DNA of 63,966 nucleotides, counting the filler, from Sandaracinaceae bacterium (GTDB lineage Bacteria; Myxococcota_A; Polyangia; Polyangiales; JADJQN01), in NCBI GenBank assembly GCA_947483975.1. It is 3 parts of 3 records of this genome, joined end to end, with 100 filler letters (N's around TTAATTAATTAA, not from the genome) between each part and the next. Parts side by side here need not be neighbours in the genome. Positions count along the whole stretch, not along the records: positions 26,843 to 53,218 come from CANKOL010000028.1; 2 more parts are not named here. One strand, 5' to 3'. A program made the position numbers and the translations under genes. Within the stretch, counting starts at the first letter, position 1, and every line of letters starts with the position of its first letter. This document shows positions 38,272-47,903 of the stretch, one piece after another. Below the pieces are notes generated by a model that saw only the letters and a list, made by a program, of their open reading frames with translations, was not told the origin of the DNA and did no database searches.

Positions 38272-39078
38272 TCAGCGCACGAAGAGCGAGCGCGTGTAGT
38301 AGACGAGATCCCAGCTCTCGCTCTCGGTGATCGCGTCGTGATAGGAGGGCATCGGCGTGCCGTCGATGCCCGTGTGGAACGTGCGGTAGATGTCCTCGGG
38401 CGCCGAGCCGCCCTTCATCTTCCAGCCGCGCGTGAAGTCGAACGCGTAGACGCGCCGACCGTGGTTGTCGGTGAGCGTCGCCGCCGCCCGCCCATCGCCG
38501 CGCCCCCCGCTCCCGTGGCAGGTGCCGCACTGCATGCGCGCGTACACGTCACGACCGCGCGCGACGCTCGCGTCGGTCGGCGCAGGCGCCGACGGGATGA
38601 CGAGCGGCACGCCCGGCTCCTCCTCGGTGAAGCGCGGCGACAGCGACTTCAGGAACGCGACGAGCGCCCACGTCGTGCGGTCAGGCAGCCCCGACCAGCC
38701 GGGCATCGACGTGCCGGGCAGCCCGCGCCGCAGCGTGCGGTAGATGTCCCAGTCGGTCGGCAGCGCGCCGCTCTCCGTAGTGCGGAACATATACTCGCCC
38801 TCGGTCAGATCACGCGGCGCCGGCGACAGATAGCGCGCGTCCGGCCCATCGCCCTGCCCGCCCGCGCCGTGGCAGTCCGCGCAGCGCTCTGCGTAGGTGC
38901 TGCGCCCGAGTCGGAGGAGCGCGGGAGTCGTCGCATAGGGCGAGCGGGGAATCGCCACCTCGACGAGCGCGGGAGTCGGCGACGCGACTGGCATCGACTG
39001 CGCCCGCGCCAGCTCGCCGAGCGCGAGGGTGCCGAGACTCCCGACGAGCGCACAGAGCACGAGTATTCGTCGAGTCAC
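38272..39078 (-). CDS. Exported dihaem cytochrome c
   Basis: Signal peptide from GTG 39078 (GTGA overlap); CADCH and CGTCH; distal Met motifs GTSMP and GTPMP; internal duplication. Confidence 0.9.
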   Translation of the reverse strand: MTRRILVLCALVGSLGTLALGELARAQSMPVASPTPALVEVAIPRSPYATTPALLRLGRSTYAERCADCHGAGGQGDGPDARYLSPAPRDLTEGEYMFRTTESGALPTDWDIYRTLRRGLPGTSMPGWSGLPDRTTWALVAFLKSLSPRFTEEEPGVPLVIPSAPAPTDASVARGRDVYARMQCGTCHGSGGRGDGRAAATLTDNHGRRVYAFDFTRGWKMKGGSAPEDIYRTFHTGIDGTPMPSYHDAITESESWDLVYYTRSLFVR

Positions 39079-40277
39079 AGCGCGGTCTCCACGAACGCGG
39101 ACACGCGCGTCTCGTTCTTCAAGCCGGACGAAGCGCCGCCCTCGCCGAGCCACTGCAAATCGGCCGTTCCTTCGATGGAGAGTCGCAGGCTCGTGAGGAG
39201 CAGATAGCCGACGTGCAGCGTCGCGAGCCTGTGTCGCAGCGTCGCGTCGGGGCTCTCGACGGCGTCGTAGCGCGCGATGGCCGAGAGCTCGTCGGTCAGC
39301 GCCCAGAGGACCTCGGCGCGCACTCCGAAGTAGTGAATCGCCTCGCCCTCGCCGTGCGGGTCGCGGTGCAAGCCATAGATGCCCGCGGCGTAGAACAGGA
39401 GCCTCGACACCGAGAGTTCGGCGTCCGCGCCCGTCAGGATCAGGCGGTCGTCCCACTCGTGCTCGACGCCGCCCTCATCGACGCGCAGGCGCGCGATCGC
39501 GCCATAGCCGAAGAGCCCGAACGTCTGCCCGCCCATCGTGAACCCGGCGCGTCCGAGGAGCCCGGGAGCCCCTGCGCCGGTCTGATTTCGCTGACCGGGG
39601 GAGCCCTCGGCGAACGCGAGCTCATAGGAGATAGGGCCCCAGCGCGGGCGCCCTTGCAGCGAGATGCCGAGGTGTGTGCCCTCGAGCACGAAGGGATTGT
39701 CCCCGACGTGCACGGCGGCGAGCGGGTTTCCGACTCGCGTGATCGAGCGGTGTCCCGGGCGCTGAAAGCCAGTCATCAGGAGCTGTCCCGCGACGAGCGA
39801 CAGCGCACCGTGCGGCAGCAAGTTGTGGAAACCGAGCGTGAGAAAATGGAGGGCGGGAGTCGGCACGAGATCCGCCGAGAAGAGGAGCGAGACGTCCTCG
39901 TACAGGCTGCCTCCGCCGACGAGTCGCGCGTAAGGGACGCTCCCACCGAATTGGTGCGTGCCGGGCGAGACCTCCGTCCACTCACCGAGCAGGCGCGCGC
40001 GCACCGAGAGCGGCGGCGTCGCGAAGATCGCCGTGCGCTCGTCGAGCGTGCCGGGCTCGATCATCGCCGCCGCGCGCGCCGGATCCTCGGCGCCCTCGGG
40101 GAGCTGATAGCCATTCTGCCGAAAGCGGACTCCGTACGCGTTGAGGTACGGGAAGCTCCACGCGTGGCAGGTCCGACAGCTCGTGCGATAGCGGCGCGCG
40201 AAGGACGGATTGGCCCGCGCGCTCGACGCCCCGAAGAGCGTCGCGAGCACGACGAGCACGGCGATTAGGTGGCGCAT
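39075..40277 (-). CDS. Cyc2-like monohaem cytochrome-porin fusion
   Basis: Signal ending ARA, then NPSFARRYRTSCRTCHAWSFPYLNAYGVRFRQNGY; PPLS; amphipathic beta strands to the C-terminus. Confidence 0.8.
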   Translation of the reverse strand: MRHLIAVLVVLATLFGASSARANPSFARRYRTSCRTCHAWSFPYLNAYGVRFRQNGYQLPEGAEDPARAAAMIEPGTLDERTAIFATPPLSVRARLLGEWTEVSPGTHQFGGSVPYARLVGGGSLYEDVSLLFSADLVPTPALHFLTLGFHNLLPHGALSLVAGQLLMTGFQRPGHRSITRVGNPLAAVHVGDNPFVLEGTHLGISLQGRPRWGPISYELAFAEGSPGQRNQTGAGAPGLLGRAGFTMGGQTFGLFGYGAIARLRVDEGGVEHEWDDRLILTGADAELSVSRLLFYAAGIYGLHRDPHGEGEAIHYFGVRAEVLWALTDELSAIARYDAVESPDATLRHRLATLHVGYLLLTSLRLSIEGTADLQWLGEGGASSGLKNETRVSAFVETAL

Positions 40278-40804
40278 CAGTGCACGTGCCCGACGACGCC
40301 AGCGTCTGCGCTGCCGGAGGCTGCGACGGCGTCAGTGCCCGCCGCGCCGGTGAGCACGACGAGGGTCGAGGGACCGACCGCGCCGTGTCCATCGAGCGTC
40401 AGCATGGCCGCGCGGATCTTCTCGAAGGGGAGCGCGACGTTGACCTGCGCCACCTGAGCGAGCGCGACGCCGAGCGGGTTCGAGCCGATGTCCGCCGCGT
40501 GCACCCAGCCTCCGCCCGCGTCGGCGCGGCCGTCCGAGAGCCAGAGTCGATAGAACATATGCGGCGACGTCGGGGGCAGCGGGAGCCCGGCGAAGTGCGC
40601 GACGACGAGGTTGCTCGCGGGAGTCGCCTCGAAGGTGCCGGAGGCGCGCGACACCTCGAGCGCGTCGAGCGGCGGCGGCGTCAGCCCGGCGAAGTTGAGG
40701 CTCGCCGGCGGATGGAGCGTGAAGTGAACGCGCACGACCCCCGCAGGCTCGCCACATCCGACCATCACGAGGACGGCGAGCACCCCGACACTGAAGCTCC
40801 GCAT
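40277..40804 (-). CDS. Lipoprotein of unknown function, first gene of the cytochrome operon
   Basis: MRSFSVGVLAVLVMVGC lipobox; YRLWL; ends GHVH; TGATG overlap with the Cyc2-like gene. Confidence 0.65.
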   Translation of the reverse strand: MRSFSVGVLAVLVMVGCGEPAGVVRVHFTLHPPASLNFAGLTPPPLDALEVSRASGTFEATPASNLVVAHFAGLPLPPTSPHMFYRLWLSDGRADAGGGWVHAADIGSNPLGVALAQVAQVNVALPFEKIRAAMLTLDGHGAVGPSTLVVLTGAAGTDAVAASGSADAGVVGHVH

Positions 40805-40906
40805 GAAGGCCTTTGTGGGGAGTACCCCCGGTGGAACGTCGCCCACGCCGACACGCTACACGACCGGGGCCCCGCGGCGAAAGCGTCGAGCGCGCGCCGT
40901 CGCGCC

Positions 40907-42988
40907 TCAGGCAACGTCGAGCACCTGCCGGATCTTCGCGGCGAGGTCGTCCTTGGAGAAGGGCTTGTGCAGCAGGGACACCCCTGCTCCGAGCGCGCCC
41001 TGCGTGCCGAGGAAGTCGGCCGAGTAGCCCGACACGAACAGGCACTTCACGCGCGGGCGGCTGGACTCGATCTTCCTGGCGAGATCGCGCCCGTTCATCT
41101 CCGGCATGATCACGTCGGTCACGAGCAGATCGAGCTCGCCCGGGTGCTCTGCCGCGAGGCGCATCGCCTCGCTCGGCCGGCCCGCGGCGAGGACGCGATA
41201 GCCCATTTGCTCGAGCATTCGCTTGGTCAGCGCGAGGATGGCCGCCTCATCCTCGACGAGCAGGATCGTCTCTTGGCCGCGCGGCGCTGGTGCCGTCAGG
41301 CGGTCTGGCGGCTTCTGGTCGGTCCTCGGCGCTTGGCGGGGGAGGTAGACGTCGAAGACCGTCCCGCGCCCGGGCGCGCTGCGGACGTCGATGATGCCCT
41401 GGTTCTGCTGGACGATGCCGTAGACCGTCGCGAGGCCGAGGCCGGTCCCCTTGCCCGTCGCCTTCGTCGTGAAGAACGGCTCGAAGATCCGCTGCTGCGT
41501 GGCAGTGTCCATCCCCGCGCCGTCGTCAGCGACGGTCAGCCGCACATAGTCCCCGGGGACTGCGCCGACGCGCGCGGAGCAGTCGTCCGCGTCGAAGGTC
41601 CTGTGTCCCGTCTCGACGGTCAGCTTCCCGCCGGCGAGCATCGCGTCGCGCGCGTTGACGCACAAATTCGCGAGGATCTGGTCGATGTGCGACGGGTCGA
41701 CGTGCACCGGCCAGAGGCGCGCGGCGGGCCTCCACTCGAGGTCGAGGTCCTCACCGATCAGCCGCCGCAGCATCGAGAGCATCCCGGTGACGGTCGCGTT
41801 GAGATCGAGCAGCTTCGGGGCGACGGCCTCCTGTCGAGCGAACGTCAGCAGCTGCCGAGTGAGGTCCGCGGAGCGCTTGGCGGCGAGGCGGATCTCCTCG
41901 AGGTCCTGGTGCAACGGCGTGCTCGCGTGCACCTCCTCGAGCGCCAATTCGGCGTGCCCGAGGATCACGCTCAGCATGTTGTTGAAGTCGTGCGCGACGC
42001 CGCCCGCCAAGCGCCCCACGGACTCCAGCTTCCGCGCTTGCTCGAGCTGCAGCTGGAGCTTGGCGCGCTCGTCCTCCGCGCGCTTTCGCTCGGTGATGTC
42101 GCGGACGATGCCGGTGAAGAACCACCCGCCGGCGCTCGCCCATTTGGCCAGCGAGAGCTCGAGCGGGAACTCGCTCCCGTCCTTGCGGAGCCCATACAGC
42201 TCGACCACCCGCCCGAGCACATGGTCCGGGCCGCCGGCCGCGACGCGAGCGACTCCCGCACGATGCGGGTCGTGGAATCGCGAGGGCATCAGCAGCGTCA
42301 TCGGCTGCCCGAGGATCTCCGACTCCGCGTAGCCGAAGATCGCCTCCGCGCCGCGGTTCCAACCCACGAGTATCCCCGCGCTGTCGGAGGTCAGGAACGC
42401 GTCGTGCGCCGACTCGGTCATGGCCCGATTCCGCGCCTCACTCTGCGCCAGCGCGTACTCGACGCGCTTGTGGTCGGTGATGTCCGTCCAAGAGCCAATC
42501 ATCCCCGTCGGCTGGCCGTCGGCGTCGCGCAGCAAGCGCACCTGATCGAGCATCCAGCGGTAGGCGCCGTCGGCGCAGCGAAACCTGTATTCGTGGGTGA
42601 TCCGGTCGTGCACGAACAGCGGGCCGATCTCGGCGAAGACCCGCAGCGCGTCGTCGGGATGAAGGTGGCTCGCCCAGAAGCCCGGGTCTTCGATGAAGTC
42701 GCGCGCGGTGTAGCCTAGCTGCGCTAGCACCCCATCGGAGACGAACGTCGCGCCGAAGTCGCCGGACGCGCGACACGTGTAGGTCACGCCGGGCGCGGCG
42801 TTGACCAGGAAGGCGAGGTGCTCGGCCGTCTCGCGCAGCGCTCGCTCTGCCTGCGTGCGCGCGACGACGTCGTCGGGTTCTTGACCTTGTGCGTGCAGCG
42901 CCTGCCTCAGCGCCGCGATCTCTGCGCGAGCGTCCGCAAGCTCAGCGGCGAGCCGAGCGACAGTCTCCTCGCTCTCAGTCTTGGGCAT
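40907..42988 (-). CDS. Cytoplasmic hybrid histidine kinase (PAS-PAS-HisKA-HATPase-REC)
   Basis: PAS3 (LHPDD, YRW), FixL-like PAS (LLMP...H...[10 protein letters not shown]), [40 protein letters not shown]. Confidence 0.93.
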   Translation of the reverse strand: MPKTESEETVARLAAELADARAEIAALRQALHAQGQEPDDVVARTQAERALRETAEHLAFLVNAAPGVTYTCRASGDFGATFVSDGVLAQLGYTARDFIEDPGFWASHLHPDDALRVFAEIGPLFVHDRITHEYRFRCADGAYRWMLDQVRLLRDADGQPTGMIGSWTDITDHKRVEYALAQSEARNRAMTESAHDAFLTSDSAGILVGWNRGAEAIFGYAESEILGQPMTLLMPSRFHDPHRAGVARVAAGGPDHVLGRVVELYGLRKDGSEFPLELSLAKWASAGGWFFTGIVRDITERKRAEDERAKLQLQLEQARKLESVGRLAGGVAHDFNNMLSVILGHAELALEEVHASTPLHQDLEEIRLAAKRSADLTRQLLTFARQEAVAPKLLDLNATVTGMLSMLRRLIGEDLDLEWRPAARLWPVHVDPSHIDQILANLCVNARDAMLAGGKLTVETGHRTFDADDCSARVGAVPGDYVRLTVADDGAGMDTATQQRIFEPFFTTKATGKGTGLGLATVYGIVQQNQGIIDVRSAPGRGTVFDVYLPRQAPRTDQKPPDRLTAPAPRGQETILLVEDEAAILALTKRMLEQMGYRVLAAGRPSEAMRLAAEHPGELDLLVTDVIMPEMNGRDLARKIESSRPRVKCLFVSGYSADFLGTQGALGAGVSLLHKPFSKDDLAAKIRQVLDVA

Positions 42989-43082
42989 TTCCGTGCGCTC
43001 CGGGCCGACCCACGGGGTCGACGCGCTCCTCGGACGGGTCGAACGGCCGCGCTCCGCCGCGCTGAAGGAGGCCGCCTGCGCC

Positions 43083-43559
43083 CTAGCGAAACAGCGCCCG
43101 CCCGCGCGCGCTGCAGGGCCCTGCGCAGCGCTGCTGTCCTGGCTTGGGACGCTCGGCATAGGAGTAGTCGAGCCCCGCCGAGGACAGCGCGCCGCGCAGG
43201 TGCTGGTCAGTCGTCCACTGGCATCCATCGGAGTAGTCGAACTCGGTGTTGAGGACGAGGTCGAGACTCCCGCCGTCGAGACGGCCGATGAACATCGCCT
43301 GTCCGAACACCGCCTTGACCCAGCCGTTCCCGTCGCAGGGATAGCGGAGCGTGCCGGGCGTCTGCGTCACGCGCTCGTCGATGAAGCAGCCCTCGGCGCC
43401 CTCCGTGCGCACGACGACGAGCTGCTTCTGGCAGATGCGCTCGGCGCCCGTCGGGGGCGGAAACGCCGGCAAGTGAGGGGGCACTTCGCGCACCTCTGCG
43501 TGCGCAGCCGCCGCACCGAGCGCGACGGCGAGCGTGAAGAGCGCGACCGCGCGCCTCAT
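43083..43559 (-). CDS. Small secreted Cys-containing protein
   Basis: Signal ending AHA; six Cys; 4-bp overlap with the upstream VWA gene. Confidence 0.65.
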   Translation of the reverse strand: MRRAVALFTLAVALGAAAAHAEVREVPPHLPAFPPPTGAERICQKQLVVVRTEGAEGCFIDERVTQTPGTLRYPCDGNGWVKAVFGQAMFIGRLDGGSLDLVLNTEFDYSDGCQWTTDQHLRGALSSAGLDYSYAERPKPGQQRCAGPCSARGRALFR

Positions 43560-45739
43560 GTGCCGAGCCGCGGGACCACGATGATGACGGGCTTCTCGTC
43601 GAGGACCGTGACGCCGTCGCCGATCACCTGCAGATGCACCGTGAAGACCTGATCGACGGCGGTCTGAGCGACCGAGTCGTTGTACGCGGTCACGGTGAAC
43701 GTGACGACGGTGCCCGGCGTGACGTTGACGAACGAGTCGAAGATGGAGTCGCCGTCGAGATCCGCGACGGTCGGCGCGGGGGCGCCCGCGGGCGGCCGGG
43801 CGCTGCGCGGGATGGTCGCCTTCACGAAGTGATGGGGGTCGTCGACGATGCGGATCGACACGGTGTCGAGCGCGATGCCGGTGACGAGGGTGTTCACCGC
43901 GTCGACGAGCGTCGCGGAGAGCCCTGAGCCGTTCGCGCGCGCGTCGAAGACGAGCGGGCAGGTGTCGAGGCCGTCGAGTCCGGGGACGGGGCGCACATCG
44001 CGCCCGTCGACGCCCGTCGTGCAGAAGCCGCGCGAGTCGGGTGGCGTGACGGCGCCCGTCGCGACGGCGAGGTCCTCGAGCGGCGCGCGAGCGACCGTAC
44101 CGGAGGCGACGCCGATCAGCCGCGCGCGAATGCCGGTGAGGGCCGTGACGACGTCGTCGCGCGAGTGCGCGCCGAGGATGCCGCCGGCGAGATACTCCGC
44201 CGGCGTGTGCGGCACATCGTCGGTGACGAAGATGACGATCGGCAACGCGCCATCGCGGAAGCCCGCGCCACCGATCGTGCCGCCACCGGGCGTCCTCGGG
44301 TCGGGTCGAAACACCGGGACTGAACCGCCCGTCCAGGTGACGCCGTCGCCCGCCGCGATCTGAAAGAGGCTCTCGAAGATCGCCTCGGGCAGATCAGCGC
44401 CGCAGCCGAGCGGCGTGTCGAGGCGATTGAGCGCCGCCTGCACGCGCGCGTCATCCGAGGTGATCTGCTGTAGCAGCGTGAACGGCTTGTCCGAGGTGCC
44501 ACCGCAGTCGAGCGTCCCGAACGGGTTGAGCGGGAAGTCCTCGAACTCGTTGACGCCGAACGCGCTGTCGGCGATCGCGGCGCGCACGCCGGGGATGATC
44601 GTCGTGCCGAGGGACGCCTGGAGGTTGTTGATCTCCTCGCCCATCGAGCCGGTCGTGTCGACGCTGATCTCGACGTCGGCGATGCGGATGTTGGTGTCGA
44701 AGGTCAGCGTGTTCGCCGCCTCGCCGCCCGGATCGTCCGTCGGCAAGACGAAGTAGAACTCGGGGATGCGCGACGCCGGGTCGCACGGGTCCGTGCCGGC
44801 GATGGTCTCCGCGAGGTCGCTCTGCCCGTCGCCGTCGGTGTCGGCGCGCGTGCGATCGAGACAAGCGCGCAGGGACTCGTCGTGGTCGGAGAGACCGTCG
44901 TTGTCGGAGTCGAGGTCGCGGAAGTCCGGGATCCCGTCGCGGTCGTTGTCGACGGGCGTCGTCCCCGGGTCCGTGTCGCCCGCCTCGACGCTGTCGAGCA
45001 CGCCGTCGCCGTCGGCGTCGGGGTCGAGGTAGTCGGGGCGCCCGTCGTGATCGGTGTCCGGCGCACCGCCGGCGGCGTCGCGCCCCTCGTCGATGTCGGC
45101 GATGCCGTCGCCGTCCGAGTCGGTCAGCTCGCGCACCGGGATGCACGCGGAGGCGCGGCAGACGCTGTCGGCGGCGCACGCCAGGCCACAGCCGCCGCAG
45201 TGGAGCGGATCGACCGATCGGTCAACACACTCCGCGCCGCAGCGCGTGAGGGGGGCGGGGCAGGTGTCCGTGCATGCCCCGCCGCTGCAGAAGCCCGTCG
45301 GTCCACAGGCGAGCCCGCAGCGCCCGCAGCTGACGGGGCTGGTGTCGAGGTCGACGCAGAGCGCGCCGCAGACGGTCAGCGGGCACGACGCGGTGCACGA
45401 CCCCTCGTTGCAGAATTCGCCGGACGCGCAGCCGCGCCCGCAGACGCCGCAATTGGCCGGATCGCTGCGCCGGTCGACGCACTCACCGCCGCAGGACGAG
45501 AGCGCGCCCGTGCAGCGCGGACCGCCGTCGGGAGGAACCGAGCCGTCCGGCGGGACGAAGCCGTCGGGCGGGACGAAGGCGTCGGGCACGACGGATCCGT
45601 CGGGCAGCGGCGCGACGGACGCGTCGAAGCGGAAGCTGTCGCGCGTCGGTCCGCGGCTGCCGACGCAGGCCGCGAGGGACAGCGGGGCGAGGGACAGCGC
45701 GACGAGCGCGAGCGCGAGGGGAGCGGCGCGAGAGGACAT
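43556..45739 (-). CDS. CglD-like lipoprotein: Cys-rich repeats, Ca-binding TSP3-like repeats, integrin-beta-like VWA domain
   Basis: Lipobox LAAC; 3x C.D...D/P..CG.CG..C repeats; DxDxDG repeats; MIDAS-like DTTGS; GADLPEA; GFR....IVIFVTD. Confidence 0.8.
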   Translation of the reverse strand: MSSRAAPLALALVALSLAPLSLAACVGSRGPTRDSFRFDASVAPLPDGSVVPDAFVPPDGFVPPDGSVPPDGGPRCTGALSSCGGECVDRRSDPANCGVCGRGCASGEFCNEGSCTASCPLTVCGALCVDLDTSPVSCGRCGLACGPTGFCSGGACTDTCPAPLTRCGAECVDRSVDPLHCGGCGLACAADSVCRASACIPVRELTDSDGDGIADIDEGRDAAGGAPDTDHDGRPDYLDPDADGDGVLDSVEAGDTDPGTTPVDNDRDGIPDFRDLDSDNDGLSDHDESLRACLDRTRADTDGDGQSDLAETIAGTDPCDPASRIPEFYFVLPTDDPGGEAANTLTFDTNIRIADVEISVDTTGSMGEEINNLQASLGTTIIPGVRAAIADSAFGVNEFEDFPLNPFGTLDCGGTSDKPFTLLQQITSDDARVQAALNRLDTPLGCGADLPEAIFESLFQIAAGDGVTWTGGSVPVFRPDPRTPGGGTIGGAGFRDGALPIVIFVTDDVPHTPAEYLAGGILGAHSRDDVVTALTGIRARLIGVASGTVARAPLEDLAVATGAVTPPDSRGFCTTGVDGRDVRPVPGLDGLDTCPLVFDARANGSGLSATLVDAVNTLVTGIALDTVSIRIVDDPHHFVKATIPRSARPPAGAPAPTVADLDGDSIFDSFVNVTPGTVVTFTVTAYNDSVAQTAVDQVFTVHLQVIGDGVTVLDEKPVIIVVPRLGT

Positions 45740-45827
45740 TGGCGCAGGGTACACCTCGCGAACATCCTTGGCATCGCGGGCCGGATGCTGTAACCGAAGA
45801 GACGCGCCTCGACGCAGAGAGACCCAC

Positions 45828-47870
45828 GTGACGCTCGAGCTTCCCCTCGCCGTACGCAAGCTGCTCGCCACTCATCAGCTCGGGGTCGATCGCCCGCCGA
45901 CACCGGAGCGCTGGGGGGAGTTCCTCAGCGACCTCGCCGAGATGCCGGACGTCGCGGCGGGCGCCTCCGAGAACGGGCTCGAGCGCGCGCGCCTCGGCGC
46001 CCTGCTCGAGAGCCTGAGCGCGGGCGTGATCGTCGAGGACCGCGAGCGGCGGACCGTGCTCGTCAACCAGCCGTTCTGTGACCTCTTCAAGGTCCCCGCG
46101 CCTCCCACGGCGCTCGTCGGGATGGACTGCGCGGTCGCCGCGCTGAGCGCGGCAGGGATGACCGCCGACGCGGGCGCGTTCATCGCGCGCATCGACGCGC
46201 TGCTCGCCGCCGGCGTTCCCTGCCCGACGGAGACCATCTCGTTCACCGACGGGCGGACGCTCGATCGCAGCTACGCGCCGGTCCGCGTCGCCGGGGAATT
46301 CGCGGGCCATATCTGGCTCTACCGCGACATCACCGAGCAGACGCGGCACGAGCAGGAGCTGCGCGCGGCGAGCGAAGAGGCCGAGCGCGCGAGCCGCGCG
46401 AAGGACGAATTCCTCGCCTCGATGAGCCACGAGCTGCGCTCCCCGCTGACGAGCATCCTCGGCCTCACGGAGCTGCTCCTCGAGCAGGCGCGGGCGGACG
46501 ATCGGCAGGCGCTCCGCGTGATCTTGCAGTCGGGCACGACGCTCCTCGCGCTGCTCAACGAGCTGCTCGATCTCTCGAAGCTGCGCGCGGGGAAGTTCAC
46601 GCTCGTCGAGGAGGAGGTCGACGTCCGCGTGGTCGTGCAGGAGACCGTCTCCGCGCTGGCGGTGCACGCGCGGCGGAAGAACCTCAGCCTCGAGACGCGC
46701 CTCTCGCCCGACCTGCGGAAGGCCGTGCGCGGCGACAGCCTGCGGCTGCGGCAGGTGCTGACGAACCTCGTCGACAACGCGATCAAGTTCACCGCGCAGG
46801 GCGCCGTCATCGTCACGGTGGACGTCGATCAGCCGGGGCAGGTGCGCTTTCAGGTTCGCGACGACGGGCCGGGGCTCGACGCAGAGCAGCAGACGCGGCT
46901 GTTCCGGAGCTTCGAGCGCCTCGACACGGACTGGTCCCGGGCCGAGCGCGGCACCGGGCTCGGGCTGTCGATCGCCCAAGAGCTCGTCACGAAGATGGGC
47001 GGCACCATCCAGGTCGAGTCAAAGGTCGGCGCTGGCACGACGTTCAGCTTCTCGATCCCGATGGCGCCCGCCGCGAGCGCGGTGCCCGAGCCTCGACCGT
47101 CCCGCCCGGCGCCGAGCGCCAACGCTCACCCGCGCCTCCGCGTGCTCGTCGCGGAGGACGACGCGGCGAGCCGGCTCTTCCTCGAGAAGGCGCTCGAGCG
47201 GCTCGGGCATGACGTGCAGGTCGTCGGAGACGGGCAAGCCGTGCTCGACCTGCTCAGCCTGGGGCAGGCGTTCGACGCCATCCTGATGGACGTTCAGATG
47301 CCGGTGCTCGACGGGCTCGCGACGACCCGCGCCGTGCGACGGCTCGAGGGCGAGGGCGCGCACACGGCGATCCTCGCGCTGACGGCGAACGTGATGCGCG
47401 GGGACCGTGAGCGCTGCCTCGAGGCGGGCGTGGACGCGCACGTGCCGAAGCCCGTCTCGCTCGCTGCGCTCGACGCGATCCTCGCGCAGGTGACGGGCAC
47501 CCGCCGCGCCGCGCGCGCCCGTCGCGCGTTGCCGGACGACGACGTGCCGACGCTCGACCCGGAGCGAATCGAGGTGCTGCGGGAGCTCGGCGACGACGTC
47601 GTCAAGGGGCTCGTGCGGGACTACGAGGGCACGCTGGCGAGCAGCGTGGACGCGCTCGCGACGGCGCTCCGCGAGCGGCAGTGGAGCGACGCGCAGCGGC
47701 TCGCGCACAAGCTGCGCGGCTCGAGCCAGACGCTCGGCGCTGCGCGGCTCGCGGCGCTGACGCTGCACATCGAGCAGGCGATCGCCGAGAAGACCGCGAG
47801 CCCCGAACAGCTCGCCGACGAGCTCCAGGAGACGGCGTTCGAGACCCGCGTCGCGCTCCGCGCGCTCTGA
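45828..47870 (+). CDS. Unorthodox hybrid histidine kinase (PAS-HisKA-HATPase-REC-HPt)
   Basis: [43 protein letters not shown], HPt [11 protein letters not shown] 45828 chosen. Confidence 0.92.
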   Translation: MTLELPLAVRKLLATHQLGVDRPPTPERWGEFLSDLAEMPDVAAGASENGLERARLGALLESLSAGVIVEDRERRTVLVNQPFCDLFKVPAPPTALVGMDCAVAALSAAGMTADAGAFIARIDALLAAGVPCPTETISFTDGRTLDRSYAPVRVAGEFAGHIWLYRDITEQTRHEQELRAASEEAERASRAKDEFLASMSHELRSPLTSILGLTELLLEQARADDRQALRVILQSGTTLLALLNELLDLSKLRAGKFTLVEEEVDVRVVVQETVSALAVHARRKNLSLETRLSPDLRKAVRGDSLRLRQVLTNLVDNAIKFTAQGAVIVTVDVDQPGQVRFQVRDDGPGLDAEQQTRLFRSFERLDTDWSRAERGTGLGLSIAQELVTKMGGTIQVESKVGAGTTFSFSIPMAPAASAVPEPRPSRPAPSANAHPRLRVLVAEDDAASRLFLEKALERLGHDVQVVGDGQAVLDLLSLGQAFDAILMDVQMPVLDGLATTRAVRRLEGEGAHTAILALTANVMRGDRERCLEAGVDAHVPKPVSLAALDAILAQVTGTRRAARARRALPDDDVPTLDPERIEVLRELGDDVVKGLVRDYEGTLASSVDALATALRERQWSDAQRLAHKLRGSSQTLGAARLAALTLHIEQAIAEKTASPEQLADELQETAFETRVALRAL

Positions 47871-47903
47871 GCGCCGCGCGGCTCGCCCGGGGGCCCTGAC
47901 GCG

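Noticed and set aside
38272..42988. Cytochrome/kinase block as a mobile island
   Set aside because: It looks slightly richer in A/T-ending codons by eye, but I found no integrase, tRNA or flanking repeats, and I could not compute composition.
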